From Eledone cirrhosa (lineage: Eukaryota), in contig OZ024757.1 of assembly GCA_964016885.1 (NCBI GenBank), forward strand, positions 19,654,001-19,718,000: a stretch of 64,000 bases of DNA. Reading direction: 5' to 3'. The position numbers were made by a program, and so were the translations under genes. The notes under the pieces were generated by a model. That model did no database searches, was not told the DNA's origin, and saw only the letters and a program-made list of their open reading frames with translations. How positions within the stretch are numbered: position 1 is the stretch's first letter; each line of letters starts with the position of its first letter. This document shows, one piece after another, positions 1-11,800 of the stretch.

Positions 1-335
1 GCGGAAATTGAAGGTTCCTGATTTAGATTCAAGGACTACAAATTTAGGGGATAGTAAAGTCGATCAAATCGACCACAATGCATTACAGGTACTTTGTTTT
101 ATAGGTCCCGTAAGGATGAAAGACAACAGTAATAAAAATAATAATTGTTTCTGGTTTTGGCACAAGGCCAGCAATTACCCCAGTGCATTACTGGTACTTT
201 ATTTTATCGAGCCCATTGCTGGTACTTTATTTTATAACCTCGGCAGGATTTGAAAACAGAACGCAAAGGGCCGTAACTCTGTACTGCAAAGCATGGTATC
301 CGACGCTCTACCGGTTCTGCTAATCCAATGTCCAT
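1..335 (-). mobile_element. tRNA-derived Meta-like SINE fragments
   Basis: GGCACAAGGCCAGCAAT..CTGGTACTTTATTTTATCGA..GGATGAAAG. The same family occurs at 30010-30197, 35030-35172 and 36900-36995. Confidence 0.7.
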
Positions 336-573
336 CTAGTAATTATGATAGCAACAACAACAATAAAAAACAATAAACAACACCACCATCACCACCACCA
401 ACAATGATAATAACAACAACAACAACAATAACAACACCACCAACAAAAATAACAACAACACCTCCCACCACCACCACCAAAAACAACAATAATAACACCA
501 CCACCAACGACAATAACACCACCACTACCAACAACAACAACAAATATAAATAAAATTCTACATAAATAAACAC

Positions 574-790
574 AAACTGTATACAATAAATATTTTTGTT
601 TTAAATAACTAAATATATATTTATAAATATTTTTTCTTATCTTCTTTCAGGTGAGTATCACTTTCTACCTGGCTGTGATTAATATATTGGTATTTTACCT
701 ACTTTAAGGTAACGTTTTGAACTTAACTATTTATGTATCATGGCACCATTGCCATAACTTCGAAGTCACTGTCATCTCTTCAGAAAATAT
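574..790 (+). other. Duplicated 217-bp block (copy A) with AG|GT splice junction and 58-nt exon-like segment 651-708
   Basis: TTTTTTCTTATCTTCTTTCAG|GTGAGT ... TTTAAG|GTAACG. About 4 substitutions relative to 62413-62629. Confidence 0.6.
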
Positions 791-835
791 GACTTGTACA
801 CTGTTCATATTTATTACGTGTTCATAAAACAGACC

Positions 836-1035
836 ATACAGAAATAACAACACAATCGGTACAGAATATGGAAGGTATATTCGGTTAACGCTTGATATAG
901 CAGGAAGAGGGTCTTAACGTTTCGGACGCTAGTCCTTCATCAGAAGAAAGGATGAGAAATAAGATAGATTGAAGGGACGGGCGGGTTGGAATTTGAAAAA
1001 AATGTCTTTAGATAAAAATAACAGGTCCATTCATG
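836..1035 (-). mobile_element. PLE-type pLTR fragment (family B) containing a hammerhead
   Basis: Homologous to 62665-62875 (opposite strand) and 33795-33945 (same strand). Confidence 0.7.
912..947 (-). ncRNA. Minimal hammerhead ribozyme with palindromic helix III
   Basis: Minus strand reads TCTT CTGATGA A GGAC-tagc-GTCC GAAA CGTT|AAGA. Stem I is TCTT/AAGA. The ACGT palindrome is of the kind described for dimeric PLE hammerheads. Confidence 0.85.
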
Positions 1036-1067
1036 TTGACATCTCTTGGAAATACATTTATATATAT

Positions 1068-1410
1068 ATATTTATTAAAATAACAGATTAAAGTTTAAGC
1101 AAAGAATCGCTGCTTTCACCCTTAACGGGATCTTCTGAAACTAACAAAGTCAATCTGTAAACGCAGAACTGGATATTTAAAAAAACGTTGCAACCGGAGG
1201 AAGACAGGAAGACGATACTTTGGTTCGTGGTAACGTTCGCTGGCAGATTGACTTTGTTAGTTTCAGAAGATCCCGTTAAGGGTGAAAGCAGCGATTCTTT
1301 GCTTAAACTTTAATCTGTTATTTTAATAAATATTTGCTCTACGGTTCTTATATATTTGATATATATTTTCCTTATCGAGCCCTCTTTGGATTTTAGTCTT
1401 CAATTTTATT
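1068..1410 (+). mobile_element. Fold-back element, 90-bp inverted arms with 86-bp spacer and tail
   Basis: Arms at 1068-1157 / 1244-1333. The arm carries CAGAAGA T CCC-gttaa-GGG T GAAA (hammerhead-like, core variant). Tail GCTCTAC...GAGC. (TA)n flanks. Confidence 0.65.
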
Positions 1411-1415
1411 ATTAT

Positions 1416-1473
<58 letters not shown>

Positions 1474-1499
1474 CACTCCCACCAACAGCACGAGAAAAT

Positions 1500-2000
1500 G
1501 AGATCGCGATCATGTAGGTGTCACGACAAAAAAAACACAGTCCACGCTGTAATGTGTCCGTGTAGGTAACACGGTAAAAAAACGCAGTCCACGCTGTAAT
1601 GTGGCCGTGTAGGTAACACGGTAAAAAACACAGTCCACGCTGTAATGTGTCCGTGTAGGTAACACGGTAAAAAACGCAGTCCAAGCTGTAATGTGGCCGT
1701 GTAGGAAACACGGTAAAAAACACAGTCCACACTGTAATGTGGCCGTGTAGGTAACACGGTAAAAACCACAGTCCACGCTGTAATGTGGCCATGTAGGTAA
1801 CACGGTAAAAGGTTCCCAGTTCCACACTGTAAATGTGGTTGGTGTTAGGAAGGGCATCCATCCGTAGAAAACCTGCTAGATAGTCCTATATGAGCGAGAC
1901 ACGGTCACCCGACCAGCCTTGCCTCAAGTAGGACAACTCCCGTCTAACCCATGCTAGCGTGGAAAATGGACGTTAAACGAAGATGATGATGATGATGATG
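1500..2000 (+). mobile_element. Headless SINE derivative with an internal ~47-bp VNTR
   Basis: About 6 units, then GGTGTTAGGAAGGGCATCCA..CTAACCCATGCTAGCGTGG..(GAT)n. Relatives at 4750-5280 (-), 6070-6352, 20310-20622, 45915-46075 (-) and 56280-56610. Confidence 0.75.
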
Positions 2001-2004
2001 ATAT

Positions 2005-2200
2005 ATGATCTGTCCCGTAGTCTGGTGGGCAGTTGGGGGCGCCACAGATGACCTGACAACCAGCTCCTTCCATTCCGCTCTCCTCTCCACCCTCTTCATG
2101 GTTGTACCCAGCTTGATGCCTGTCCATTCTGGGATGCGGTCCTCCCATCTCTTTTACTCTCTGCCTCTCTTCCTCCCTGCTTGTACTGTCCCCTGCATAT
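2005..2200 (-). mobile_element. RTE-like LINE 3' fragment
   Basis: Minus strand MQGTVQAGRKRGRE*KRWEDRIPEWTG...WKELV. Confidence 0.65.
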
Positions 2201-2342
2201 CGAAATATATATATATATATATATCTAAAATATATATCTAAATATATATGATTACTGAATTTTACCTCATAGTGAATAGTTGAATTCCACTACCATAGGC
2301 TTTCTGATGAAGTGTAATAAATAATTAAGTATTACATATGAT

Positions 2343-2675
2343 GGAAGCACATGGCTTAGTGGTTAGAGCATTGGCCTTGCAATCGAAAGGTTGTGAGTTC
2401 AATTCTCAGACCGGGTGATGTGTTGTTTCCTTGAGCAAGACACTTTATTTCACATTGCTCCAGTTTACTCAGCTGTAGAAATGAGATGATAGGACTGGGG
2501 TCCCTATCATTCCACTGCAAAGTGTTCGTGGAGGTGCCACGGCAAAACAAAAAAGCACCCAGCACTCACTGTAAATGAGGTTGGTGTTAGGAAGGGCATC
2601 CAGCTGTAGAAATCAAGCCAGAATCAGTTCCCATCCCACCCTTGCAAGCAGGGAAATGATGATGATGATGATGAT
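2343..2675 (+). mobile_element. tRNA-derived CORE-like SINE
   Basis: A box TGGCTTAGTGG, B box GAGTTCAATTC, CORE-like CCTTGAGCAAGACACTT..CAGCTGTAGAAATG, RTE-type tail and (GAT)n. Confidence 0.85.
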
Positions 2676-2806
2676 TGAACAATATATATTGTAGTCAGCA
2701 TATGTAGACAATTACAATAGACACAGAAACATATGTTAAAACAAATAAATTCATAATCTCTTCACACTGCCGTTTTATTTATCTTGGTGCAATACTTGCT
2801 TATATA

Positions 2807-2843
<37 letters not shown>

Positions 2844-2967
2844 TATATCTCTAAATATATATATATATATTCATTTCATTTTCATTTCATTTTACGTCCG
2901 CTTTTCCCTGCTTGCGAGGGTGGGACGGGAACTGATTATATATATACATATATATATATATATATAC

Positions 2968-2998
<31 letters not shown>

Positions 2999-3163
2999 CA
3001 TATATAGATATAGATATATATGTTCATATTTGAAAAATGATAATGGATTTTTTGGGGTGGTTGTTATTTTTGACTGATAAAGTATTTTACATGGTGTAGC
3101 TTTAGTAACTCAAGTTATCAGGCATTGTGATCGAGTTTCTTGCCTTGCTTTTCTGTCTGCTAT

Positions 3164-3216
<53 letters not shown>

Positions 3217-3224
3217 GTAAGTAT

Positions 3225-3438
3225 TTCCATGGAAAAGGTAAAGGAAAGAAGAGTGCTCTATGTATAGTACAGAGGTATTTAATTATGTAATAAACAACGC
3301 AATATATTTATTCCATTACCCAAGGTTTCACAATGTCAGAGGATTCTAACACAGATAGAAATGCCTCTGTTAGAATCGTCTGACTTCGTGAAACCTTGGG
3401 TAATGGAAAATGGAATAATTATATTGTGTTGTTTATTA

Positions 3439-3445
<7 letters not shown>
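3225..3445 (-). mobile_element. Older fold-back element
   Basis: Imperfect arms at 3291-3351 / 3368-3445 containing GTGAAACCTTGGGTA. The tail is on the left (minus strand CTCTGTAC..TAGAGCAC). Confidence 0.55.
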
Positions 3446-3469
<24 letters not shown>

Positions 3470-3473
<4 letters not shown>

Positions 3474-3660
3474 TTAATATAGAAAGGCTTCTACAGGACT
3501 AGGACTGTTTCATTCGGGAGAAATCATCAGGAAGCCTGATGATTTCTCCTGAATGAAACAGTTCTAGTCCTGTAGAAGCCTTTCTATATTAAATATTTAT
3601 ACTCTGCTTTGTATTGAGTACCTTACTTACTGTGCTTGCCACCGATTGAACCTGGGATAA
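3470..3660 (+). mobile_element. Fold-back (palindromic) pLTR mini-element with hammerhead core and tail
   Basis: Near-perfect arms of about 61 bp (3470-3530 / 3536-3596) around GAAGC. The arm contains CTGATGA TTTC-tcct-GAAT GAAA. The tail ACTCTGC..GTATTGAGTAC..CCGATTGAACCTGG follows. Confidence 0.8.
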
Positions 3661-3886
3661 ACTTATATATATATATATATTATATATATTATATATATAT
3701 TATATATTATATATATTATATATATATTATATATTATATATATTATATATATATTATATATATATCTATCTATCTAAGGCGGGTAAAATTCCCGAGATCC
3801 ATGGACGAGTTCTCTCCAGCGGTCTCTGTCCCTCATTATCGCTGCCATGTCCTGCGTCTCCAACGTATGTATATATATATAGAGAG

Positions 3887-4320
3887 AGGCACATGGCTTA
3901 GTGGCTAGAGCATTGGGCTTGCAATCGAAAGGTTGTGAGTTCAATTCTCAGACCGGGTGATGTGTTGTTTCCTTGAGCAAGACACTTTATTTCACATTGC
4001 TCCAGTTTACTCAGCTGTAGAAATGAGATGATAGGGACTGGGGTCCCTATCATTCCACTGCAAAGTGGTTGTGGAGGTGCCACAGCAAAAAAAGCACCAA
4101 GTCCACACTGTAAAGTGGTCGTGGAGGCGCCACGGCAAAGAAGCACCAAGTCCACACTGTAAAGTGGTCGTGGAGGTGCCACGGCAAAAAAGCACCCAGC
4201 ACTCACTGTAAATGAGGTTGGTGTTAGGAAGGGCATCCAGCTGTAGAAATCAAGCCAGAATTAGTTCTCGTCCCACCCTTGTAAGCAGGGAAAAAGCGGA
4301 CGTAAAATGAAATGATGATG
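3887..4320 (+). mobile_element. tRNA-derived CORE-like SINE with 3 internal units of about 48 bp
   Basis: Near-identical head to 2343. A partial related head lies at 4370-4495. Confidence 0.85.
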
Positions 4321-5377
4321 ATATATATATATATGTACATATATATATATATATATAGAGAGAGATACCAAGGCACGTGGCTTTATGGTTAGGTTATTCG
4401 GCTTTCAATCATAAGGTTGCGAGTTTGATTCCCGGCGGTGCATTGTGTTCTTGAGCAAGACACTTCATTTCACGTTGCTGCAGTCCACTCTACTGGCACT
4501 CGCACTTGTTGGCCCAAGGGATTTTAAGGAACAGGGAATCCTTCGAAAAACTATTGTTAGAAATATATGCAATAATACAAGGCACTCTACTAATGTATTG
4601 AGTTCCTCACTTACTGTGTCCCCCCCCCCCCCCCCCGATTGAACCTGGGACTCACACACATATATACACACAATCACACATATATACACACACACACACC
4701 ATCATTATCATCATAATCACCATCATCACCGACAGCTGACTCTCTACGATATCATCATCATCATCATCATCAATGTTTAACGTCCGTGTTCCACGCTTGC
4801 ATGGGTTTGGACGGGGGTAGTCCCACTTGGGGCAAGAGTGATTGTCTTGCTCGCATAGGACTGTCTGGCAGGTTTTCTACAGTTAGATGCCCTTCCTAAC
4901 ACCAACCACATTTACAGTGTGGGTCTGGGAGGTTTTTACCGTGTTGCCTACACGGCCACATTACAGCGTGGACTGTCTGGCGGGTTTTCTACAGCTGGAT
5001 GCCCTTCCTAACACCAACCACATTTACAGTGTGGGTCTGGGAGGTTTTTACCGTGTTGCCTACACGGCCACATTACAGCGTGGACTGTCTGGCGGGTTTT
5101 CTACAGTTGGATGCCCTTCCTAACACCAACCACATTTACAGTGTGGGGCTGGGAGGTTTTTACCGTGTTGCCTACACGGCCACATTACAGCGTGGACTGT
5201 GTGTTTTTTGTCGTGACACCTACACAATCTCATTTGTTTCGGCCTGGATGGTGTGGCACCAACATAACTTTACATAGAACGGGGTGGTGTGGATGGGGTG
5301 GGGGTGGTGGTGGTGGGACGGGGGGGGGGTATTTTGTTTGAGATGCCTACTGGCTGTAGTAGGTTTTACTATGTATT

Positions 5378-5433
<56 letters not shown>

Positions 5434-5544
5434 AAGATAATAATAAATGGAAACTATATTTATAAAACCATATTTATTTCAAGAGTGACCAAGCCAATCT
5501 TGGTGCGCTTTCATCAGATAAAATTTGTTTTATAAATACAACTC

Positions 5545-5589
<45 letters not shown>

Positions 5590-5593
<4 letters not shown>

Positions 5594-6060
5594 AAAGGCT
5601 TCTCCCTCAAAATGAAAGGCAGACTGTATGATGCGTGTATCCGAACAGCAATGTTACATGGTAGTGAGACCTGGGCGCTGAAGGTGGAAGACTTATGTAG
5701 ATTAGAGAGAAACGTAGCCTGCATGCTCCAATGGATGTGTAATAGTAATATACGCGAACGACAAAGCATAAATGAATTGAGAAAGAGACTGAGCATAAAT
5801 GGAATCATGCTGTGTGCAGGAGAGACGGTTTTGTTGGTATGGACATGTGATGCGTATGAAGGATGACAGCTGCATAAAAAGGTGCAGAGCACTAGAAGTC
5901 GATGGAAACCGCGGAGTGGGGAGACCCAAGATGACCTGGGATGAGGTGATAAAAGCCGACCTTACCCAATTACACCTCTCAAAGGCGATGACACACGACA
6001 GTGACCTCTGGCGTCACGCAGTAATACAGAGTACCCGACCTTCCATGGGTACAAGGTGAA
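5590..6060 (+). mobile_element. RTE-clade LINE 3' fragment (frameshifted)
   Basis: KGRLYDACIRTAMLHGSETWAL...RRFCWYGHVMRM...RGVGRPKMTW...DSDLWR. Confidence 0.85.
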
Positions 6061-6359
6061 TCATATAGACAATATGCCCCCACACCCTCCCACTGCAAGG
6101 TGGTCGTGGAGGCGCCACGGCAAAAAAGCACCCAGCACACACTGTAAAGTGGACGTGTGGGCGCCACGAAAAAGCACCCAGCACTCACTGTAAATGAGGT
6201 TGGTGTTAGGAAGGGCATCCAGCTGTAGAAATCAAGCCAAATCAGTTCCTGTATGAGCAAGGCATGGTCAGCCGACCAGACACTGCCCACAACAGGACAA
6301 CCCGTCTAACCCATGCTAGCGTGGAAGAACGGACGGAAAACGGTGATGATGATATATAT

Positions 6360-6535
6360 GAGGAAGACCACGAAAAACATGGGTGGAGGTGGTGAGAGCT
6401 GACCTCAGATCACTGAAGCTCACAGAGGAGATCACGAAGGACCGTGATAAATGGAGAGATGCTGTGCTGAAGTGGACCCATCCCACCTTTGCAAGCAGGG
6501 AAAAGCGGACATAAAATGATGATGATGATGATGAT
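6360..6535 (+). mobile_element. RTE LINE extreme 3' end
   Basis: GRPRKTWVEVVRADL...DRDKWRDAV, followed by CCCACCTTTGCAAGCAGGGAAAAGCGGAC and a (TGA)n tail. Confidence 0.75.
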
Positions 6536-6699
6536 GTCTGTTTTAGTGGTTTGGCTGTTGGAATCATGACTAGGATCATGGATTTGATCCTTGTTCTTGT
6601 CAGTGTGTTGTATTCTTGGGCAAGACACTTCATTTCATGTTACTTTACATGATATGACTGAGAGGAAACTTCTTGGAGTGTGGTGTTAGTGATAAGACT

Positions 6700-7140
6700 T
6701 GCACTCCTATCATTAAAACACACAAGAAACCTATGTGATACAACCTTGTAGGAGGCCAGCTAAACTTCCATGTGTATAACCTGTATCAACAACATACTAG
6801 GATTGGTACCCTGCCATTAAAACAATCAAGAAACCTTTCATGAGATACAACCTCATTGGAGGCCAGCTAAATCTACATAGATGTGAACTGCAGTAACAAC
6901 ACTATAACAGGACTGGGTACCCTCTATCATTAAAACACCCTAGAAACCTCTTATGAGATAACGACCACATTGGAGGCCAGCTAAATCTACATAGGTGTGA
7001 ACTGTAAAATACATACATATGTGTGTATGATAGGACTGGGGTCTTTATCATTAAAACACCCTAGAAACCTCTTCTGAGATTCTTAGATACAACTTCATTG
7101 GAGGCCAGCTAAACATACATAGGTGTGAACTGTAAAAAAC
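6700..7140 (+). repeat. Diverged tandem repeat of about 105-120 bp (4 units)
   Basis: CATTAAAACACC..GAAACC..GAGATACAACC..GGAGGCCAGCTAAA. The same family occurs at 54260-54630. Confidence 0.75.
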
Positions 7141-7467
7141 ACTATATATATACATTTATGTATATATATATATATATATATATACATTTACACATATATA
7201 TATATATATATACATACATACATATATATATATATACATTTACATATATATATATATGTATATACATATATACATTTACATATATATATATATATGTATA
7301 TATATCCAAACCCATGCAAGCGTGGAACACGGACGTTAAACGTTGATGATGATGATGATGCACACACATATATATACATTTACATATATATATATATGTA
7401 AATGTATATACATTTACATATATACATTTACATATATATATATATATATACATACATATATACATTT

Positions 7468-7530
<63 letters not shown>

Positions 7531-7534
<4 letters not shown>

Positions 7535-7740
7535 AACGAGTAGGACCCCGACGGCTGAGCTCAAGCCGTTTCGACGGCTAATTCTGGACTAAAAAAAAAA
7601 TTAATCCAGAATTAGCCGTCGAAACGGCTTGAGCTCAGCTGTCGGGGTCCTACTCGTTCCTATTACCCACTCTACTACCCTAAGTATTGAGTACTTTGGT
7701 GCGTTATGGTCCATCTGGTTCCTTACCACATTTCCTTCGT
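7531..7740 (+). mobile_element. Fold-back mini-element with the 3' half of a hammerhead
   Basis: Arms of about 58 bp (7531-7588 / 7605-7662). GAAA CGGC-ttgagctca-GCYG TC gives helix III and a GUC triplet. Tail ACTCTAC..GTATTGAGTAC. (TA)n on both sides. Confidence 0.7.
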
Positions 7741-8057
7741 TATATATATATATATATGCATGTTTTTCCATAATTCTAGGTGTGTATAATACACACAGGA
7801 TATTATATGACAGATTTTACTATGTATATACGTTTGTGCCAAGTGGCTGTATATAAATGTATGTATATGTGTATATTTATTATAAACATGTTTGTGTATG
7901 TGTATATACATATATGTTATACACATACATGTGTGTATATATTATACACATGTATGTATACATAAAAAGAATTTGCTTATAATGTTTTACAAGCTTCAAA
8001 ATTAATTTACCATGTCAAAAACACTCAGACACGCAAACAGATATATATATATAAAGA

Positions 8058-8101
<44 letters not shown>

Positions 8102-8244
8102 TGTATATATATATATATATATATACACATATATATATATACAGACACATATATATACAGACACACATAGATATATATACACACATATATAGATAATGAC
8201 ACACATATATATACACATATATATAAAGACTCATATATATACAG

Positions 8245-8279
<35 letters not shown>

Positions 8280-8850
8280 CAGACACATATATATACAGAC
8301 ATATATATATATACAGACACATATATACAGACACATATATATACAGACATATATATACAGACACACATATATATATATATATATATACAGACACATATAT
8401 ATACAGACACATATATATACAGACACATATATATACAGACATATATATATATATACAGACATATATATATATACACACATACACATTGTCATGTACATTG
8501 ATATACACACATATACAGACACATAGGCATGCAGTCGCACACTTTGGTACACACACATACAGACAGAGACACAGACATAGCCACACAGATATATATCTAC
8601 ACACACACACACATGTATACAGATACATACAGACACAGTCACACACACACACACAATCATATACATACACACAATCATATACACATACAAATACATCTAC
8701 AGACACATACACATGGTCACACACTGATACACACATATACAGTTACATAGACACACACACACACACATACAGATACATACACTCACAGTCACATATACAG
8801 ATACATACACACTCAGTCACACATACAAATCCATTTACTCACAATCTTAC

Positions 8851-11800
8851 TCAGCTTGGCTTGACTCGACTCAGCTATGTCCAGCATGGCTTGGTTTAGC
8901 TTGGCTCAACTAAGTTCTGTCCAGCTTGGCTTGACTCGACTCAGCTATGTCCAGCATGGCTTGGTTTAGCTTGGCTCAACTAAGTTCTGTCCAGCTTGGC
9001 TTGGCTCGACTCAGCTATGTCCAGCATGGCTTGGTTTAGCTTGGCTCAACTAAGTTCTGTCCAGCTTGGCTTGACTCGACTCAGCTATGTCCAGCATGGC
9101 TTGGTTTAGCTTGGCTCAACTAAGTTCTGTCCAGCTTGGCTTGACTCGACTCAGCTATGTCCAGTATGGCTTGGTTTAGCTTGGCTCAACTAAGTTCTGT
9201 CCAGCTTGGCTTGGCTCGACTCAGCTATGTCCAGCATGGCTTGGTTTAGCTTGGCTCAACTAAGTTCTGTCCAGCTTGGCTTGACTCGACTCAGCTATGT
9301 CCAGCATGGCTTGGTTTAGCTTGGCTCAACTAAGTTCTGTCCAGCTTGGCTTGACTCGACTCAGCTATGTCCAGCATGGCTTGGTTTAGCTTGGCTCAAC
9401 TAAGCTCTGTCCAGCTTGGCTTGGCTTGGCTCGACTATGTCCAGCATGCCTTGGTTTAGCTTGGCTCAACTAAGTTCTGTCCAGCTTGGCTTGACTCGAC
9501 TCAGCTATGTCCAGCATGCCTTGGTTTAGCTTGGCTCAACTAAGCTCTGTCCAGCTTGGCTTGGCTCGACTCAGCTATGTCCAGCATGCCTTGGTTTAGC
9601 TTGGCTCAACTAAGTTCTGTCCAGCTTGGCTTGGCTCGACTCAGCTATGTCCAGCATGGCTTGGTTTAGCTTGGCTCAACTAAGCTCTGTCCAGCTTGGC
9701 TTGGCTCGACTCAGCTATGTCCAGCATGGCTTGGTTTAGCTTGGCTCAACTAAGCTCTGTCCAGCTTGGCTTGACTCGACTCAGCTATGTCCAGCATGGC
9801 CTGGTTTAGCTTGGCTCAACTAAGCTCTGTCCAGCTTGGCTTGACTCGACTCAGCTATGTCCAGCATGGCCTGGTTTAGCTTGGCTCAACTAAGCTCTGT
9901 CCAGCTTGGCTTGACTCGACTCAGCTATGTCCAGCATGGCCTGGTTTAGCTTGGCTCAACTAAGTTCTGTCCAGCTTGGCTTGACTCGACTCAGCTATGT
10001 CCAGCATGGCTTGGTTTAGCTTGGCTCAACTAAGCTCTGTCCAGCTTGGCTTGGCTCGACTCAGCTATGTCCAGCATGGCCTGGTTTAGCTTGGCTCAAC
10101 TAAGTTCTGTCCAGCTTGGCTTGACTCGACTCAGCTATGTCCAGCATGGCTTGGTTTAGCTTGGCTCAACTAAGCTCTGTCCAGCTTGGCTTGGCTCGAC
10201 TCAGCTATGTCCAGCATGGCCTGGTTTAGCTTGGCTCAACTAAGTTCTGTCCAGCTTGGCTTGGCTCGACTATGTCCAGCATGGCCTGGTTTAGCTTGGC
10301 TCAACTAAGTTCTGTCCAGCTTGGCTTGGCTCGACTCAGCTATGTCCAGCATGGCCTGGTTTAGCTTGGCTCAACTAAGTTCTGTCCAGCTTGGCTTGGC
10401 TCGACTCAGCTATGTCCAGCATGGCCTGGTTTAGCTTGGCTCAACTAAGTTCTGTCCAGCTTGGCTTGGCTCGACTCAGCTATGTCCAGCATGGCCTGGT
10501 TTAGCTTGGCTCAACTAAGTTCTGTCCAGCTTGGCTTGGCTCGACTATGTCCAGCATGGCCTGGTTTAGCTTGGCTCAACTAAGTTCTGTCCAGCTTGGC
10601 TTGGCTCGACTCAGCTATGTCCAGCATGGCCTGGTTTAGCTTGGCTCAGCTAAGTTCTGTCCAGCTTGGCTTGGCTCGACTCAGCTATGTCCAGCATGGC
10701 TTGGTTTAGCTTGGCTCAACTAAGCTCTGTCCAGCTTGGCTTGGCTTGGCTCGACTATGTCCAGCATGGCCTGGTTTAGCTTGGCTCAACTAAGCTCTGT
10801 CCAGCTTGGCTTGACTCGACTCAGCTATGTCCAGCATGGCTTGGTTTAGCTTGGCTCAACTAAGCTCTGTCCAGCTTGGCTTGGCTTGGCTCGACTATGT
10901 CCAGCATGCCTTGGTTTAGCTTGGCTCAACTAAGCTCTGTCCAGCTTGGCTTGGCTCGACTCAGCTATGTCCAGCATGCCTTGGTTTAGCTTGGCTCAAC
11001 TAAGCTCTGTCCAGCTTGGCTTGGCTTGGCTCAGCTATGTCCAGCATGGCTTGGTTTAGCTTGGCTCAACTAAGCTCTGTCCAGCTTGGCTTGGCTCGAC
11101 TCAGCTATGTCCACCATGCCTTGGTTTAGTTTGGCTCAACTAAGTTCTGTCCAGCTTGGCTTGGCTCGACTCAGCTATGTCCAGCATGGCTTGGTTTAGC
11201 TTGGCTCAACTAAGTTCTGTCCAGCTTGGCTTGACTCGACTCAGCTATGTCCAGCATGGCCTGGTTTAGCTTGGCTCAACTAAGTTCTGTCCAGCTTGGC
11301 TTGGCTCGACTCAGCTATGTCCAGCATGCCTTGGTTTAGCTTGGCTCAACTAAGTTCTGTCCAGCTTGGCTTGACTCGACTCAGCTATGTCCAGCATGGC
11401 TTGGTTTAGCTTGGCTCAACTAAGCTCTGTCCAGCTTGGCTTGGCTTGGCTCGACTATGTCCAGCATGGCCTGGTTTAGCTTGGCTCAACTAAGTTCTGT
11501 CCAGCTTGGCTTGACTCGACTCAGCTATGTCCAGCATGGCTTGGTTTAGCTTGGCTCAACTAAGCTCTGTCCAGCTTGGCTTGGCTTGGCTCGACTATGT
11601 CCAGCATGGCCTGGTTTAGCTTGGCTCAACTAAGTTCTGTCCAGCTTGGCTTGACTCGACTCAGCTATGTCCAGCATGGCTTGGTTTAGCTTGGCTCAAC
11701 TAAGCTCTGTCCAGCTTGGCTTGGCTTGGCTCGACTATGTCCAGCATGGCCTGGTTTAGCTTGGCTCAACTAAGTTCTGTCCAGCTTGGCTTGACTCGAC

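Noticed and set aside
2300-2330. CTGATGA as another hammerhead
   Set aside because: No stem II or GAAA follows before the SINE insertion.
2343-2420. Possible tRNA gene
   Set aside because: A and B boxes are present, but the sequence continues into SINE body and tail and is multi-copy. No complete cloverleaf was seen.
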